Positions 19,220-28,415 of a stretch of DNA of 64,000 nucleotides are shown piece after piece. This stretch comes from an uncultured delta proteobacterium. Lineage in GTDB: Bacteria > Myxococcota_A > Polyangia > Fen-1088. The translations under genes and the position numbers were made by a program. The notes beneath the pieces were generated by a model. The model made no database searches. It saw nothing but the letters and a program-made list of their open reading frames with translations, and was not told the DNA's origin. The stretch's first letter is position 1, and the number at the start of each line of letters is the position of its first letter. The stretch spans positions 1,239 through 65,238 of the forward strand of contig CAWKJE010000033.1 in assembly GCA_963849735.1 (NCBI GenBank). Direction: 5' to 3'.

Positions 19220-22141
19220 ATGCATGGTCGTTCTATGAGCATGACCCTCAACGAATCCACCGTAGAAGACGCCGCCCTGACTTGGTTCGATGAGTTGGGC
19301 TATGCGGTCGCACACGGACCGCACCTTGCGCCGGGTGAGCCCGCCGCCGAGCGTGATGGATTCGGCGACGTTGTCCTCATGGGGCGGCTGCGCGACGCGG
19401 TCCAGCGCCTCAACCCGGAGGTTCCCGATGAGACTCGGGAGGAGGCCCTGCGGAAGGTGTTGCGGGTGACGACACCCTCGCTCACGCGGACCAACCACGC
19501 CTTCCACAAGATGCTCCGCGATGGCGTAGAGGTGGAATGCGCAAGGCCCGACGGTACCATCGCAGGCGACCGTGTGAGGCTGGTGGATTTCGAGGCCGAG
19601 GGAATGAACGACTGGCTCGCGGTGAACCAGTTCACGGTCATAGAGGGCCAGAACAACCGGAGACCGGACATCGTGATCTTCGTCAATGGTCTGCCGCTTG
19701 GAGTCATCGAGCTGAAGAACGCGGCCGACGAGGAAGCGACCATCTGGACTGCCTATGAACAGCTTTGCACCTACAAGGCCGAGATTCCCTCGCTGCTGCA
19801 CTACAACGCCGTGATGGTGGTCAGCGACGGCCTGGAGGCGCGCATCGGCTCGCTCACCGCCAACCAAGAATGGTTCAAGGTCTGGCGGACCATCGACGGC
19901 GAGAGCGATGTGCCCAAGACTGCCTTGGAGCTGGAGGTGATGATACGCGGTGTGTTCGAGCGACGGCGTCTTCTCGACATGCTCCAGCATTTCATCATCT
20001 TCGAGGAAGACCCCGATAGCGGTGCTCTCCACAAGATCATCGCGGGCTACCACCAGTTCCACGCGGTGAACATGGCGGTGCAAGAAACCATCCGCGCCAG
20101 CGGCATGGCCGAGCGAAACAGGATGCGTGACGCCCCAGGGGTGTCCTGGGCGGGACGGATGCTTGATGGCAAGCCTGGTGACCGTCGCGTAGGTGTGGTC
20201 TGGCATACCCAGGGCAGCGGCAAGAGCTTCTCCATGCTCTTCTACGCCGCCCGGGTGATTCGTCACCCTGTTATGGAGAACCCGACGCTGGTGGTGCTGA
20301 CCGACCGCAACGACCTCGACGACCAGCTCTTTGGCCAGTTCCAGCGCTGCCACGACATCCTGGGTCAGACGCCCGTGCAGGCCGAGAGCCGGGAGCGCCT
20401 CCGTGAGCTGCTTGCAGTGGCCTCCGGTGGAGTGGTCTTCACCACCATCCAGAAGTTCTTGCCCGAGAAGGGCGAGAAGATGCCCAGGGTGAGCAACCGG
20501 CGAAACATCATCGTCATCGCCGACGAGGCCCACCGCAGCCAGTACGACCTCATCGACGGTCTGGCCCGGCACATGCGCGATGCATTGCCCGAGGCGTCCT
20601 TTATCGGTTTCACCGGCACACCCATCGAGAAGACCGACGCCAATACGCGGGTAATCTTTGGCGACTACATCAGCATCTACGACATCCAGCGTGCCGTTGC
20701 CGACAAGGCCACGGTGCCGATTTACTACGAGAGCCGCATAGCCAAGCTGGCCTTGAACGCGACCAAGCTGCCCAAGCTCGACCAGGACTTCGACGAAATC
20801 ACCGAGGGGGAGGAGCAGTCGCACCGCGAGAAGCTGAAGACCAAGTGGGCCGCCCTGGAAGCTCTGGTTGGCGACCCGAAGCGCTTGAAGATGGTCGCCG
20901 CCGACCTTGTAGCCCACTTCGAGAAACGTCAGGAGGCCATGGAAGGCAAGGCCATGGTCGTGTGCATGAGCCGCCGCATCTGCGTGGCTCTGTACGAGGC
21001 GCTCATCAAGCTGCGCCCAGATTGGGTTGGTTCGGATGATGCCGAGGCCGAGAAGGGCAAGACCTGCGTGATCAAGGTGGTCATGACGGGCGGTGCCGAT
21101 GACGGGCCGGAATGGCAGCAGCACATCCGCAACAAGGAGCGTCGACGCAAGCTGGCCGTCCGCTTCAAGGACAGCCGTGATCCCTTCCGCATCGTCATCG
21201 TGCGCGACATGTGGCTGACCGGGTTTGATGCTCCGTGCCTGCACACCATGTACGCCGACAAGCCCATGCGGGGGCACGGCCTCATGCAGGCCATCGCTCG
21301 GGTGAACCGCGTCTTCCGTGACAAGCCCGGCGGGCTGGTGGTGGACTACCTGGGCCTTGCCGACCAGCTCAAGCGGGCGCTGGCTACCTACACCGAGAGC
21401 GGTGGCAAGGGCGAGGCGGCACACGATCCGAAGCAGGCCATCGCCGTCATGCTGGAGAAGCACGGCGTCGCCAGCGACATGCTCCACGGACTCAACTGGC
21501 AGAAATGGACCACCGGCAAGCCCGCCGAAAAGCTCGCCCTCATTCCCGCAGGCCAGGAGCTAATCCTCGGGCAGGAAGATGGCAAGCGGCGTTTTGTCCA
21601 GGTGGTGACCGAGCTATCCCGCGCCTTTGCCCTATGCGCTGCCAGCGACGAGGCGACCGAGATACGCGACGACGTTTCCTACTTCCAGGCCATCCAGTCC
21701 GCCCTGAACAAGAAGAGCGGGAGCAGTACCAAGACGCCTGAGCAAATCGACGCTGCCATTCGCCAGCTCGTGTCCATGGCCATCACCACCGATGGCAAGG
21801 TCATCGACGTGTTCACGGCTGCAGGCCTAAAGCGGCCGGACATCGGCATCCTGGACGACCGATTCCTCGCTGAGGTGCGCGGGCTCAAGTACAAGAATGT
21901 CGCCGCCGAGCTGCTCGAGAAACTGCTGAAGGACGAAATCAAGGTCCGCGCCAAGCGCAACCTGGTGCAGTCGGAGCTGTTTTCCGAAAAGCTCAAGAAG
22001 GCGCTCAACGCCTACCACAACCGCGCCATCGCCACCCAGGAGGTCATCGAGGAGCTCATCAAGCTCGCGAAGGACTTGGATGCTGCCGGCAAGCGCGTAT
22101 CCGATGCACGGAGGGCGTCTTTCGTTCGGGTGAACGGATGA
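19220..22141 (+). pseudogene. hsdR: Type I restriction enzyme R subunit, 5' 959 codons, interrupted by IS66 insertion (reads 15 codons into the IS before stopping)
   Basis: Nuclease motif '[19 protein letters not shown]'; helicase motifs 'TQGSGKS' and '[10 protein letters not shown]'. The native sequence ends at 22096 ('...DLDAAGKR') and continues at 24822. Confidence 0.9.
22089..22096. repeat. left copy of 8-bp target-site duplication GCAAGCGC
   Basis: Identical octamer at 24814-24821, immediately outside the IS inverted repeats. Confidence 0.9.
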
Positions 22142-22156
22142 GGCATCTTCAGGTGC

Positions 22157-22549
22157 ATGGCAAGAGCAGCGACGTGGCGCGACCGAGTAAGAGAATGGCG
22201 AGAGAGCGGATTGGAGGCGAAGGAATTTGCAGAGGCGCGGGGTTTGTCCGTACATCAGCTGTGGAATTGGGCAGCGAAGTTCCGCAACGAGGATCGCGCC
22301 AAGGCAGCAGACGCCGCGCCGGCGATTGCTACATCGACAGCACCTGGATCCGAGGCCACGAAGGCCGACGGCGTTAGACTGGCGCGGGTGGTCCGTCTGC
22401 CTACACACGGCGCGGCTGGCCAATCACGCTGCATGTCGATCGAATTTTCGGAGGCTCGCATCGTAGTGCCGGAGGGATGCGACCGCGCAACGTTTGCGCT
22501 CGTGCTTGATGCTATCGAACGTCGCAAGGCGGGGCCAGGCGAGCGATGA
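22157..22549 (+). CDS. tnpA: IS66 family accessory protein TnpA (orf1)
   Basis: 130 aa, first ORF of the IS. HTH-like 'WRESGLEAKEFAEARGLSVHQLWNW'. Its stop overlaps the tnpB start (ATGA). Confidence 0.8.
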   Translation: MARAATWRDRVREWRESGLEAKEFAEARGLSVHQLWNWAAKFRNEDRAKAADAAPAIATSTAPGSEATKADGVRLARVVRLPTHGAAGQSRCMSIEFSEARIVVPEGCDRATFALVLDAIERRKAGPGER

Positions 22550-22908
22550 TTCCCCACGGTGTCGAAATTTTCGTCGGACTGGAGCCGATCGATCTGCGGT
22601 GGTCGTTTGATAGGCTGGCCGGAATCGTGACAGAGCGTATTGGGCATGACGTTCGCAGCGGGGCATTGTTCGTCTTCTTTGGCAAACGACACGACGCCAT
22701 CAAAGTGATTTTTTCTGACGGGTCAGGGTTATGCCTCTTCTACAAGCGTCTCGACGCCAGAGTGTTCCGAGTGCCAGAGATGCCACCTGGGGAGAGCGCG
22801 GCGGTCGAAATCGACGAGGCTGCACTCGACGATTTGCTCGATGGGATTGATGTGGAGCCGAGAACACGGACGCGCACTCCGTCTCCACGCACACCGACGG
22901 TACACTGA
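22546..22908 (+). CDS. tnpB: IS66 family Orf2 / TnpB
   Basis: 'IFVGLEPIDLRWSFDRLAGIV...GALFVFFGKRHDAIKVIFSDGSGLCLFYKRLD' is the conserved IS66 Orf2 pattern. Confidence 0.85.
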   Translation: MIPHGVEIFVGLEPIDLRWSFDRLAGIVTERIGHDVRSGALFVFFGKRHDAIKVIFSDGSGLCLFYKRLDARVFRVPEMPPGESAAVEIDEAALDDLLDGIDVEPRTRTRTPSPRTPTVH

Positions 22909-22979
22909 CGAACTTTCTTCTGCGTTTTCGAAATAGGGGATCGACAAGGACAGAATTAACCGATACATAGACACCATCA

Positions 22980-24737
22980 GTGATGGACACGGTGGACCCA
23001 GCAACCACGATGAGCGAGAGCTTGCTTGCTCGTGTTGTCGCGCTGGAGTCGGCACTCGCAACAGAGCGAACGGCGCATGCCGAAAGCCGCGCTCTCGTCG
23101 AACAATTGACCGAGGAGCGTGACCATCTGCGCGCATCGCACGACAGGCTTCGTCAGGAGCTTGAGCTTCTCCGACGGCGCATCTTCATCGCCAAGGCCGA
23201 GCGAGTGGACAGCAAGCAGCTCGAATTGGAGTTCGCGGCAAAGCTATCCGCACTCGATGCCTTGTCAGGACGTCTTGCCGAGCAGCCTATGCCCAGCGAG
23301 CCAGGGTCCGGCACGAGCAGCGACGGTACCAGCAAGCCCTGCGACACGCCGGCTGCCAGGCAGAAGCCCAAAGGGCGGCGCGACTTGCGCGCTCTCGACA
23401 TTCCTGAAGTGCGCGTCGAGATCAAGGACCCGGTTTTCGAAGAGCTGGTGCTCGCGGGGAAGGCCGAGGGGATCGGGTTTGACGAGAGCTACAAGTTGGC
23501 CTGGCAGCGCGGTGGTCATCGCCGTCTGGTGATTGCCAGAGTGAAGTACCGCACGGTCAGTGCCGAGAAGGAATCCAAGGTCGCGACCGCGCCCATGCCC
23601 GAGGAGACCTTTCCCCGCTCCCTGGCCGCGCCGTCTATGCTGGCGCACATCATCGCCGAGAAGCATCTGCAGGGCCTGCCGCTTTACCGGCTCGAGGACC
23701 GCTATAGCCGCGAAGGCGCGTCTATCGATCGAGGCACCATGTGCCGCTGGTTGGAGAATGCCGGTGCCACCGCGGGCGCGACAGTTATCGAAGCCGCGAA
23801 GAAGGACGCTTTTGCAAACGCCTTCTGCCTCGCTACTGATGCCACCGGCGTCGCAGTCCAACCGATTCCCACCGGCGACAAGAAGCGTCAGCCGTGCAGG
23901 CGCGCCCATTTCTTCGTGCAAATCGCCGACCGCGACCACGTCTTCTTCGAGTTCACCCCGCGTGAAACCAGCGCTACCGTAGCACAGATGTTCAAGGGCT
24001 TTGGTGGATACGTCCAAGCCGATGCCAAGAGCGTCTACGACATCTTGTTTCGCCCGCCCGACGGTAAGGCCGCCGAGGAAGATCGGCGCTTGGAAGTCGG
24101 TTGCTGGGTTCACGGCCGGAGAGGGCTGTGGGAAGCTGCCATCGTACTGAAGAGCGAAGTTGCTCGCGAGGGGCTCTATCGCATCAAGCGCATGTACGAT
24201 GCCGACCGAAGTTTTAGGGGCAAACCGCCCGACGAAATCAAGCGGCTGCGCAACACCCACGTCCGGCCCCTGGTCGAGGCATTTTTCGCCTGGGCTGCCG
24301 TTGAGTACGAGAAGGTGCGTGCCGTTCGGGGTCCCTTGCGTAGCGCCTTCGGCTACCTCATCCGGCACAAGGACGCCCTCATGCGTTTCCTCGACGACGG
24401 ACGACTGCGAATGGACAACAACCATTCCGAGGGTCAGCTCAGAAAAATTGCGACGGGCCGTCAGGCATGGTTGTTCGTGGGCAGCGATGACCACGGGACC
24501 AGCGCCGGCCACCTGTTCTCGCTCATCGCCTCGGCACGCCTGCATGACCTCGATCCCGAGGAATACCTGCGCGACCTCTTTCGGGTGCTCGGCCAATGGC
24601 CCCGCGATCGCTACCTCGAGCTTGCCCCGAAGTATTGGGCTAAGACCCGTGCTCGCCTCGACCCTGGCCAGCTTGCCAACGAACTCGGTCCGCTCAGCAT
24701 TCCGCCTGCCTCGCCGGAGCAGGCGCCATCGGGTTGA
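22980..24737 (+). CDS. tnpC: IS66 family transposase TnpC
   Basis: 585 aa. N-terminal coiled coil, then 'LQGLPLYRLEDRYSREGASIDRGTMCRWL' and later 'DNNHSEGQLR', typical of IS66 DDE transposases. Confidence 0.9.
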   Translation: MMDTVDPATTMSESLLARVVALESALATERTAHAESRALVEQLTEERDHLRASHDRLRQELELLRRRIFIAKAERVDSKQLELEFAAKLSALDALSGRLAEQPMPSEPGSGTSSDGTSKPCDTPAARQKPKGRRDLRALDIPEVRVEIKDPVFEELVLAGKAEGIGFDESYKLAWQRGGHRRLVIARVKYRTVSAEKESKVATAPMPEETFPRSLAAPSMLAHIIAEKHLQGLPLYRLEDRYSREGASIDRGTMCRWLENAGATAGATVIEAAKKDAFANAFCLATDATGVAVQPIPTGDKKRQPCRRAHFFVQIADRDHVFFEFTPRETSATVAQMFKGFGGYVQADAKSVYDILFRPPDGKAAEEDRRLEVGCWVHGRRGLWEAAIVLKSEVAREGLYRIKRMYDADRSFRGKPPDEIKRLRNTHVRPLVEAFFAWAAVEYEKVRAVRGPLRSAFGYLIRHKDALMRFLDDGRLRMDNNHSEGQLRKIATGRQAWLFVGSDDHGTSAGHLFSLIASARLHDLDPEEYLRDLFRVLGQWPRDRYLELAPKYWAKTRARLDPGQLANELGPLSIPPASPEQAPSG

Positions 24738-24813
24738 ACGACCTTTCGTTTCCACGTAGCCAGATTGCCCTCATCGTCGGCGCTGCGAAAGACGTCCTCT
24801 GTGCAGCGGATAC

Positions 24814-24821
24814 GCAAGCGC
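24814..24821. repeat. right copy of 8-bp target-site duplication GCAAGCGC
   Basis: Identical to 22089-22096. Confidence 0.9.
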
Positions 24822-25124
24822 GGCGAGAAGCTTGGCCTGACCGATGACGAAGTGGCGTTCTACGACGCCCTCGCCGCCAACGAGAGCGCCGTGCAGGTCA
24901 TGGGCGACGCCAAGCTCAAGGTCATCGCCACCGAGCTCATCTCCAAAGTCCGCACGAGCGTGACTATCGACTGGACCCTGCGCGAAAGCGCGCGGGCAAA
25001 GATCAGGGTCATCGTGAAGCGCATCCTGAATAAGTTTGGCTACCCGCCGGACCTGCAGGAAGAAGCCGTCAAGACGGTGCTCATGCAGGCCGAGCTGCTG
25101 TGCGCGGATTGGGCGGTGGCGTAG
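24816..25124 (+). pseudogene. hsdR: displaced 3' fragment (about 100 codons) of hsdR
   Basis: '[31 protein letters not shown]...[26 protein letters not shown]' is the conserved HsdR C-terminal domain. It is in frame with 19220-22096 once the IS and one duplication copy are removed. Confidence 0.9.
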
Positions 25125-25136
25125 AACCGTTCTCCA

Positions 25137-25892
25137 TCACGTGCTCGGTGCCGGTGTCGCCGGTTCCTGACCGGCCCAACGTAACCGCCTACGGTTCGCC
25201 AGCTCTCTGAGGGCTGCTTCAAAGTCCGTCGTCGGTTCACGGTACGCCAGGTCAAACAGCATCGGGCTGTATAAGGTCCCGGTGGCGGCCACCTGGCTGC
25301 CAGCTCTCTTGAGCCGCTCAGAGATCGTCTGGTGGACAACCTGCTGTAGGGCGTCTTCGTGTTTCCTGCTAAGTGTACCCCCAAACGCGACGATGAAAGC
25401 GTACACTTGTTTTCCGTATTCAAGGGCCTCAGCTTCCGTTGGGAACCTTCCCTTGTGGACGACAGCATTGCGGAGTTCTGTCATCTTCTTTGCGAGGTCA
25501 GGAGCCTCTCCCTCCTCCAGAAGGCACAGGAACACGAAGGCCCCAACTTGACGCTCAGACTGAGCGGCAACTAGCTTCCATGCTGCATCGAACTTGGCAC
25601 CGCCGGCCCCACGAGCCTCGCAGACGACGCGCACGAAGAATTCCAGAAACCGTTCGTATGCTGCGGCGAATGTGGACACGGCTTCCCGGTAGTAGCCGTC
25701 AAGCAGAGCCATAGCTCCCATCTCCAAGAGGACCTCGAATTTCTGCTGCTGGAGCGCAAACACTTCCTCATGGCCCTTGGTGCAGCGCGTGCGAATAAGA
25801 AAGTCCTCGGTCAACTCGACGTAGAGAGCTTCAGGCGGGTCGAGCGAGTCTCGGTCCATCGCACACTTGACACATGTGGTTAGAAGCCTCAT
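25137..25892 (-). CDS. hypothetical protein with HEPN-like Rx4H motif and N-terminal Cys/His cluster
   Basis: The ATG at 25892 is preceded by AAGGAGA. It has 'CVKC...CTKGH' near the N-terminus and 'MTELRNAVVHKG' (R-x4-H) in a helical region. The ORF is open upstream to 26264, but without an ATG. Confidence 0.45.
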   Translation of the reverse strand: MRLLTTCVKCAMDRDSLDPPEALYVELTEDFLIRTRCTKGHEEVFALQQQKFEVLLEMGAMALLDGYYREAVSTFAAAYERFLEFFVRVVCEARGAGGAKFDAAWKLVAAQSERQVGAFVFLCLLEEGEAPDLAKKMTELRNAVVHKGRFPTEAEALEYGKQVYAFIVAFGGTLSRKHEDALQQVVHQTISERLKRAGSQVAATGTLYSPMLFDLAYREPTTDFEAALRELANRRRLRWAGQEPATPAPST

Positions 25893-26382
25893 CCCTTTTC
25901 TCCTTGTGAAATGCGAGTCGAATCTTCCATCACTGACTGTCAGATCCACTCTACCCTTCGTGAGGGCGGCCTTCCGCTCCAAGACAACATCCGATTCGTG
26001 GTCGTGCCAAAGGAGGTCCCGAGGAAACCCGCAAATGGCCAAGCAATCATCGTCTTCAACCACGACGTCATGACCGGGGGAATGAGCAAGGCTAGGCGAT
26101 TCATATCTGTCTCCCTTTCGCGAGGTGCGCGGGAACGCCTGCAGGCCGCGTGAAAGGGGACCATGAGCGCACCCGGTACGCAAGCGTTTTGGAGCAGGAC
26201 CGTGTTCTAGCGGAAGAAGACACGACGGATTACGCCACAACTCGTCCAAGAAATCCTGCGTCAATGACGGCGGGTGACCATCTCCGCTGCGGCTAGGCGG
26301 TATAACTCAGCGAGGAGGGCTGGTTGGTTGCGCACCGCCCTCCTGGACGCGCAGGCGTGGCCGGGGTAACAGAGGTCTAGAT

Positions 26383-26489
26383 ATCCAGCCCACCCCCAAA
26401 TTTTCCAGCCGCCGACATACCTGACCCCTGGTGCACAGACCACCGTGGGCATGAGGATCATAGGGGACCCGGTCTCCGTAGCTAACTGG
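26383..26489. repeat. copy 1 of ~107-bp intergenic repeat (partner at 39356-39463)
   Basis: Hand alignment. The core 'CCAGCCCACCCCCAAATTTTCCAGCCGCCGACATACC' aligns with 'CCAGGCCACCCCAGAAAATTTCTAGCCGCTGACATACC'. Both copies end in 'TAGCTAACT(G/C)GGC'. Confidence 0.6.
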
Positions 26490-26785
26490 CCATGGGTGGA
26501 AAGACGTCTCGTGCCCCTTTTCGCTCGCGGTCGTGAAGACCAGAACGCCTTTTTGCGTGTCGTCAACGGGCTCCAAGGGTCTCATTTCCGCCTGAATTAC
26601 CGTGTCCCACGAGCCCACCCGGTGGCGCGCGTTTGAGAACATCGCCAACATAACACACTTGTGGCATCGGGCACGTCCAGTCTAGGCTGAGTCGACGTGG
26701 ACGAACGACGGATCCGTATCGCCGGATGATGCTGCCATCATCGATGCGGACACGCCGTGGTTTGAGCCACTCTCGCCTCGGGCGT

Positions 26786-26837
26786 CACCAACTCCCGGTC
26801 CTGCTATTCCTGCGGCTGGGTCCAAGGCCTCTTGGTT
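26786..26837. repeat. copy 1 of ~52-bp repeat located just 3' of a minus-strand gene (partner at 29070-29121)
   Basis: 'CACCAACTCCCGGTCCTGCTATTCCTGCGGCTGGGTCCAAGGCCTCTTGGTT' aligns with 'CACCAACCCATGGTCTTGCTATTCCTGCGGCCGGCTCGAACGCCTGTTGGTT'. Confidence 0.6.
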
Positions 26838-26851
26838 CGATAACGCTCTCA

Positions 26852-27427
26852 CTATTCAACCGTGATCACAATCTTGGCTGCCTCCCCTGCCTTGTTCGTG
26901 AGGATTCGGACCATGCCGGCTTGGCCGGCGGACAGCTCCGGGTTACTTGCGAAACCATCGTCGATCTTCGTCCCGTCCTTAGAAAGAACGGCATATTGGA
27001 TGTTCCGCACGGGCGTTCGACCGTCATAGGTAACCCGCACCTCCCAGCCGCTTTCCAGGAAACCGCGGCTGTGCCAGTTCTCGAACCGCAAAGATTTTGC
27101 CGCTGGCCCGGCGACCTCGAACTGCGGGTTGGAATAGCATGAGCGAGGGACTATCCAATAGAGCAGAGCGAGGAACAGCGTAAGGCCGATCAGCGCACGC
27201 GGCCAGGCGAAAGCCGATCCAGCGGCGCGTAACGATGTCTTGTGTCTGCAGCTGCCACATGTCATCTCCGTCCACTCCGCGACTACGGGAATGGCGACGC
27301 GGCACCCCTCACACCGGGCAAACTGTATATTGGCGTGGCACTCCGAACACTGATGAGAGGTCGTGCCTACGAATACCTCTTGCACCTCCTGAGAAACATC
27401 GCATTTCGGGCACTTGAACGTGAGCAT
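26852..27427 (-). CDS. double zinc-ribbon, single-pass membrane protein, function unknown
   Basis: Four CxxC pairs in the first 60 aa (CPKC, CSEC, CEGC, CGSC), TM helix 'ALIGLTLFLALLYWIV', and a ~95-aa C-terminal domain. Confidence 0.55.
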   Translation of the reverse strand: MLTFKCPKCDVSQEVQEVFVGTTSHQCSECHANIQFARCEGCRVAIPVVAEWTEMTCGSCRHKTSLRAAGSAFAWPRALIGLTLFLALLYWIVPRSCYSNPQFEVAGPAAKSLRFENWHSRGFLESGWEVRVTYDGRTPVRNIQYAVLSKDGTKIDDGFASNPELSAGQAGMVRILTNKAGEAAKIVITVE

Positions 27428-27454
27428 GACTTGGCCATCCTTTCGAACGCCGGC

Positions 27455-27964
27455 TCAGCTCAGTTCGTCGTCGCTGAACGCTGACCAGTTGAATTTGTAA
27501 TTCAGAGGGGGCAACTCGCCAAAGACACGGAAGTAGTTTCTGAGAAGCCAGCCTTCCCATTCGTACGCCTCCTTCTTACTCCCGACCTTGGACCAAGCTA
27601 CGAGCAGGTCATCGGGGTCGAGATCAAGTCGACGGATCAGTCGCAAAGTTCCCAGTCGCCACCCTGCCATGTGTCCCTGTAGGCCGCGGTTAGCGCAACA
27701 GTCGCGCAACTGACCGATACGGGTGCGAAGACAGATGGCCTCACCTATGTCGAGAATGCCCCACGGATCATCGGCAAGCAAACGACCGATGGGACCAGCC
27801 GAGGTTCCTCCTTGCCGCTTTGGTCGAGCGAGGAGATACACGCCCGGTTCTTCCGGGCTGTCTTTAACGGTATTTTCGGTCAAACGGTGCCATTTACTAC
27901 CGAACCTGCCGTGGCTCTTGAAGTTCCAGTTTTTCCATTGCCTAAGGTTGGCCAGCATGCTCAT
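27455..27964 (-). CDS. GIY-YIG-like superfamily protein
   Basis: 'PGVYLLARP', 'GILDIGEA', 'LRTRIGQL', 'HMAGW', 'EAYEWEGWLL' and 'ELPPLN' follow the order of GIY-YIG core elements, but the GIY-to-YIG spacer is long. It lies 27 nt upstream of the zinc-ribbon gene. Confidence 0.45.
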   Translation of the reverse strand: MSMLANLRQWKNWNFKSHGRFGSKWHRLTENTVKDSPEEPGVYLLARPKRQGGTSAGPIGRLLADDPWGILDIGEAICLRTRIGQLRDCCANRGLQGHMAGWRLGTLRLIRRLDLDPDDLLVAWSKVGSKKEAYEWEGWLLRNYFRVFGELPPLNYKFNWSAFSDDELS

Positions 27965-28415
27965 CGCTCTCCCGGAATGTGTTCGTCACCCAGCGGGGCT
28001 CTGCCCCGGCATGATGTGCCAACTCCGGCTGAATGGCAACCCGACGGACCACCCGAACCACCCGACGGACGATCCGCAGGTCCGTCGAAGCCAATAGGTT
28101 TTACTGGAACGCAGGATCGCACAGATGACCTGGCGGCGGTACGGGGAGTCTGGGTATTTCCCGGCCGAGTCGGACTAAGGCGCAGCAGCGAGACCACGAT
28201 TCCCGCACGGTCCCACCGGAGCCAGGTCGTGCGGACAGGCGGTGTGGGCTGACGGCAGTTATTCTCCTACACGCGCTTGGCGCACATCTTCAGTCCAGGG
28301 AGCGCGGCACCTATGGCTTCTACCAATGATGCGAGGCGGTGCAAGATGGAGCCTGGCTGGCAGGAGTCGAGGGTCTCGCCCAACCCGGAAACCTCCTCAG
28401 CGGTCTTCCGCCTCC

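Larger units (their letters stand above)
22097..24813 (+). mobile_element. IS66-family insertion sequence (2717 bp) with tnpA-tnpB-tnpC
   Basis: 28-bp terminal inverted repeats (22097-22124 'GTATCCGATGCACGGAGGGCGTCTTTCG' against the reverse complement of 24786-24813; 25/28 identical). Flanked by a perfect 8-bp direct repeat. Typical three-ORF IS66 layout. Confidence 0.9.

Noticed and set aside
19115-21487. 790-aa ORF antisense to hsdR
   Set aside because: It lies entirely opposite a gene with unambiguous HsdR motifs. Its translation is Gly/Ala/Leu/Val/His/Asp-rich low-complexity sequence, as expected from the reverse frame of a GC-rich gene. No motifs were recognised.
23265-24755. 496-aa ORF antisense to IS66 tnpC
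   Set aside because: It is a mirror ORF of a clearly recognisable transposase gene, a compositional artefact of high GC.
25893-26264. 124-codon upstream extension of the HEPN-like ORF
   Set aside because: It has no ATG in the extension and a non-ATG start in the track. The strong AAGGAGA site serves the ATG at 25892. The hand-counted third-position GC of the extension (about 60%) is no better than background. Coding cannot be fully excluded.
26261-26651. Two overlapping minus-strand ORFs (101 aa and 114 aa), possibly one frameshifted gene
   Set aside because: They have no recognisable motif and a mediocre third-position GC. The region is covered by a repeat whose second copy (39356-39463) is conserved at the DNA level but not at the protein level, so it is more likely non-coding or decayed.
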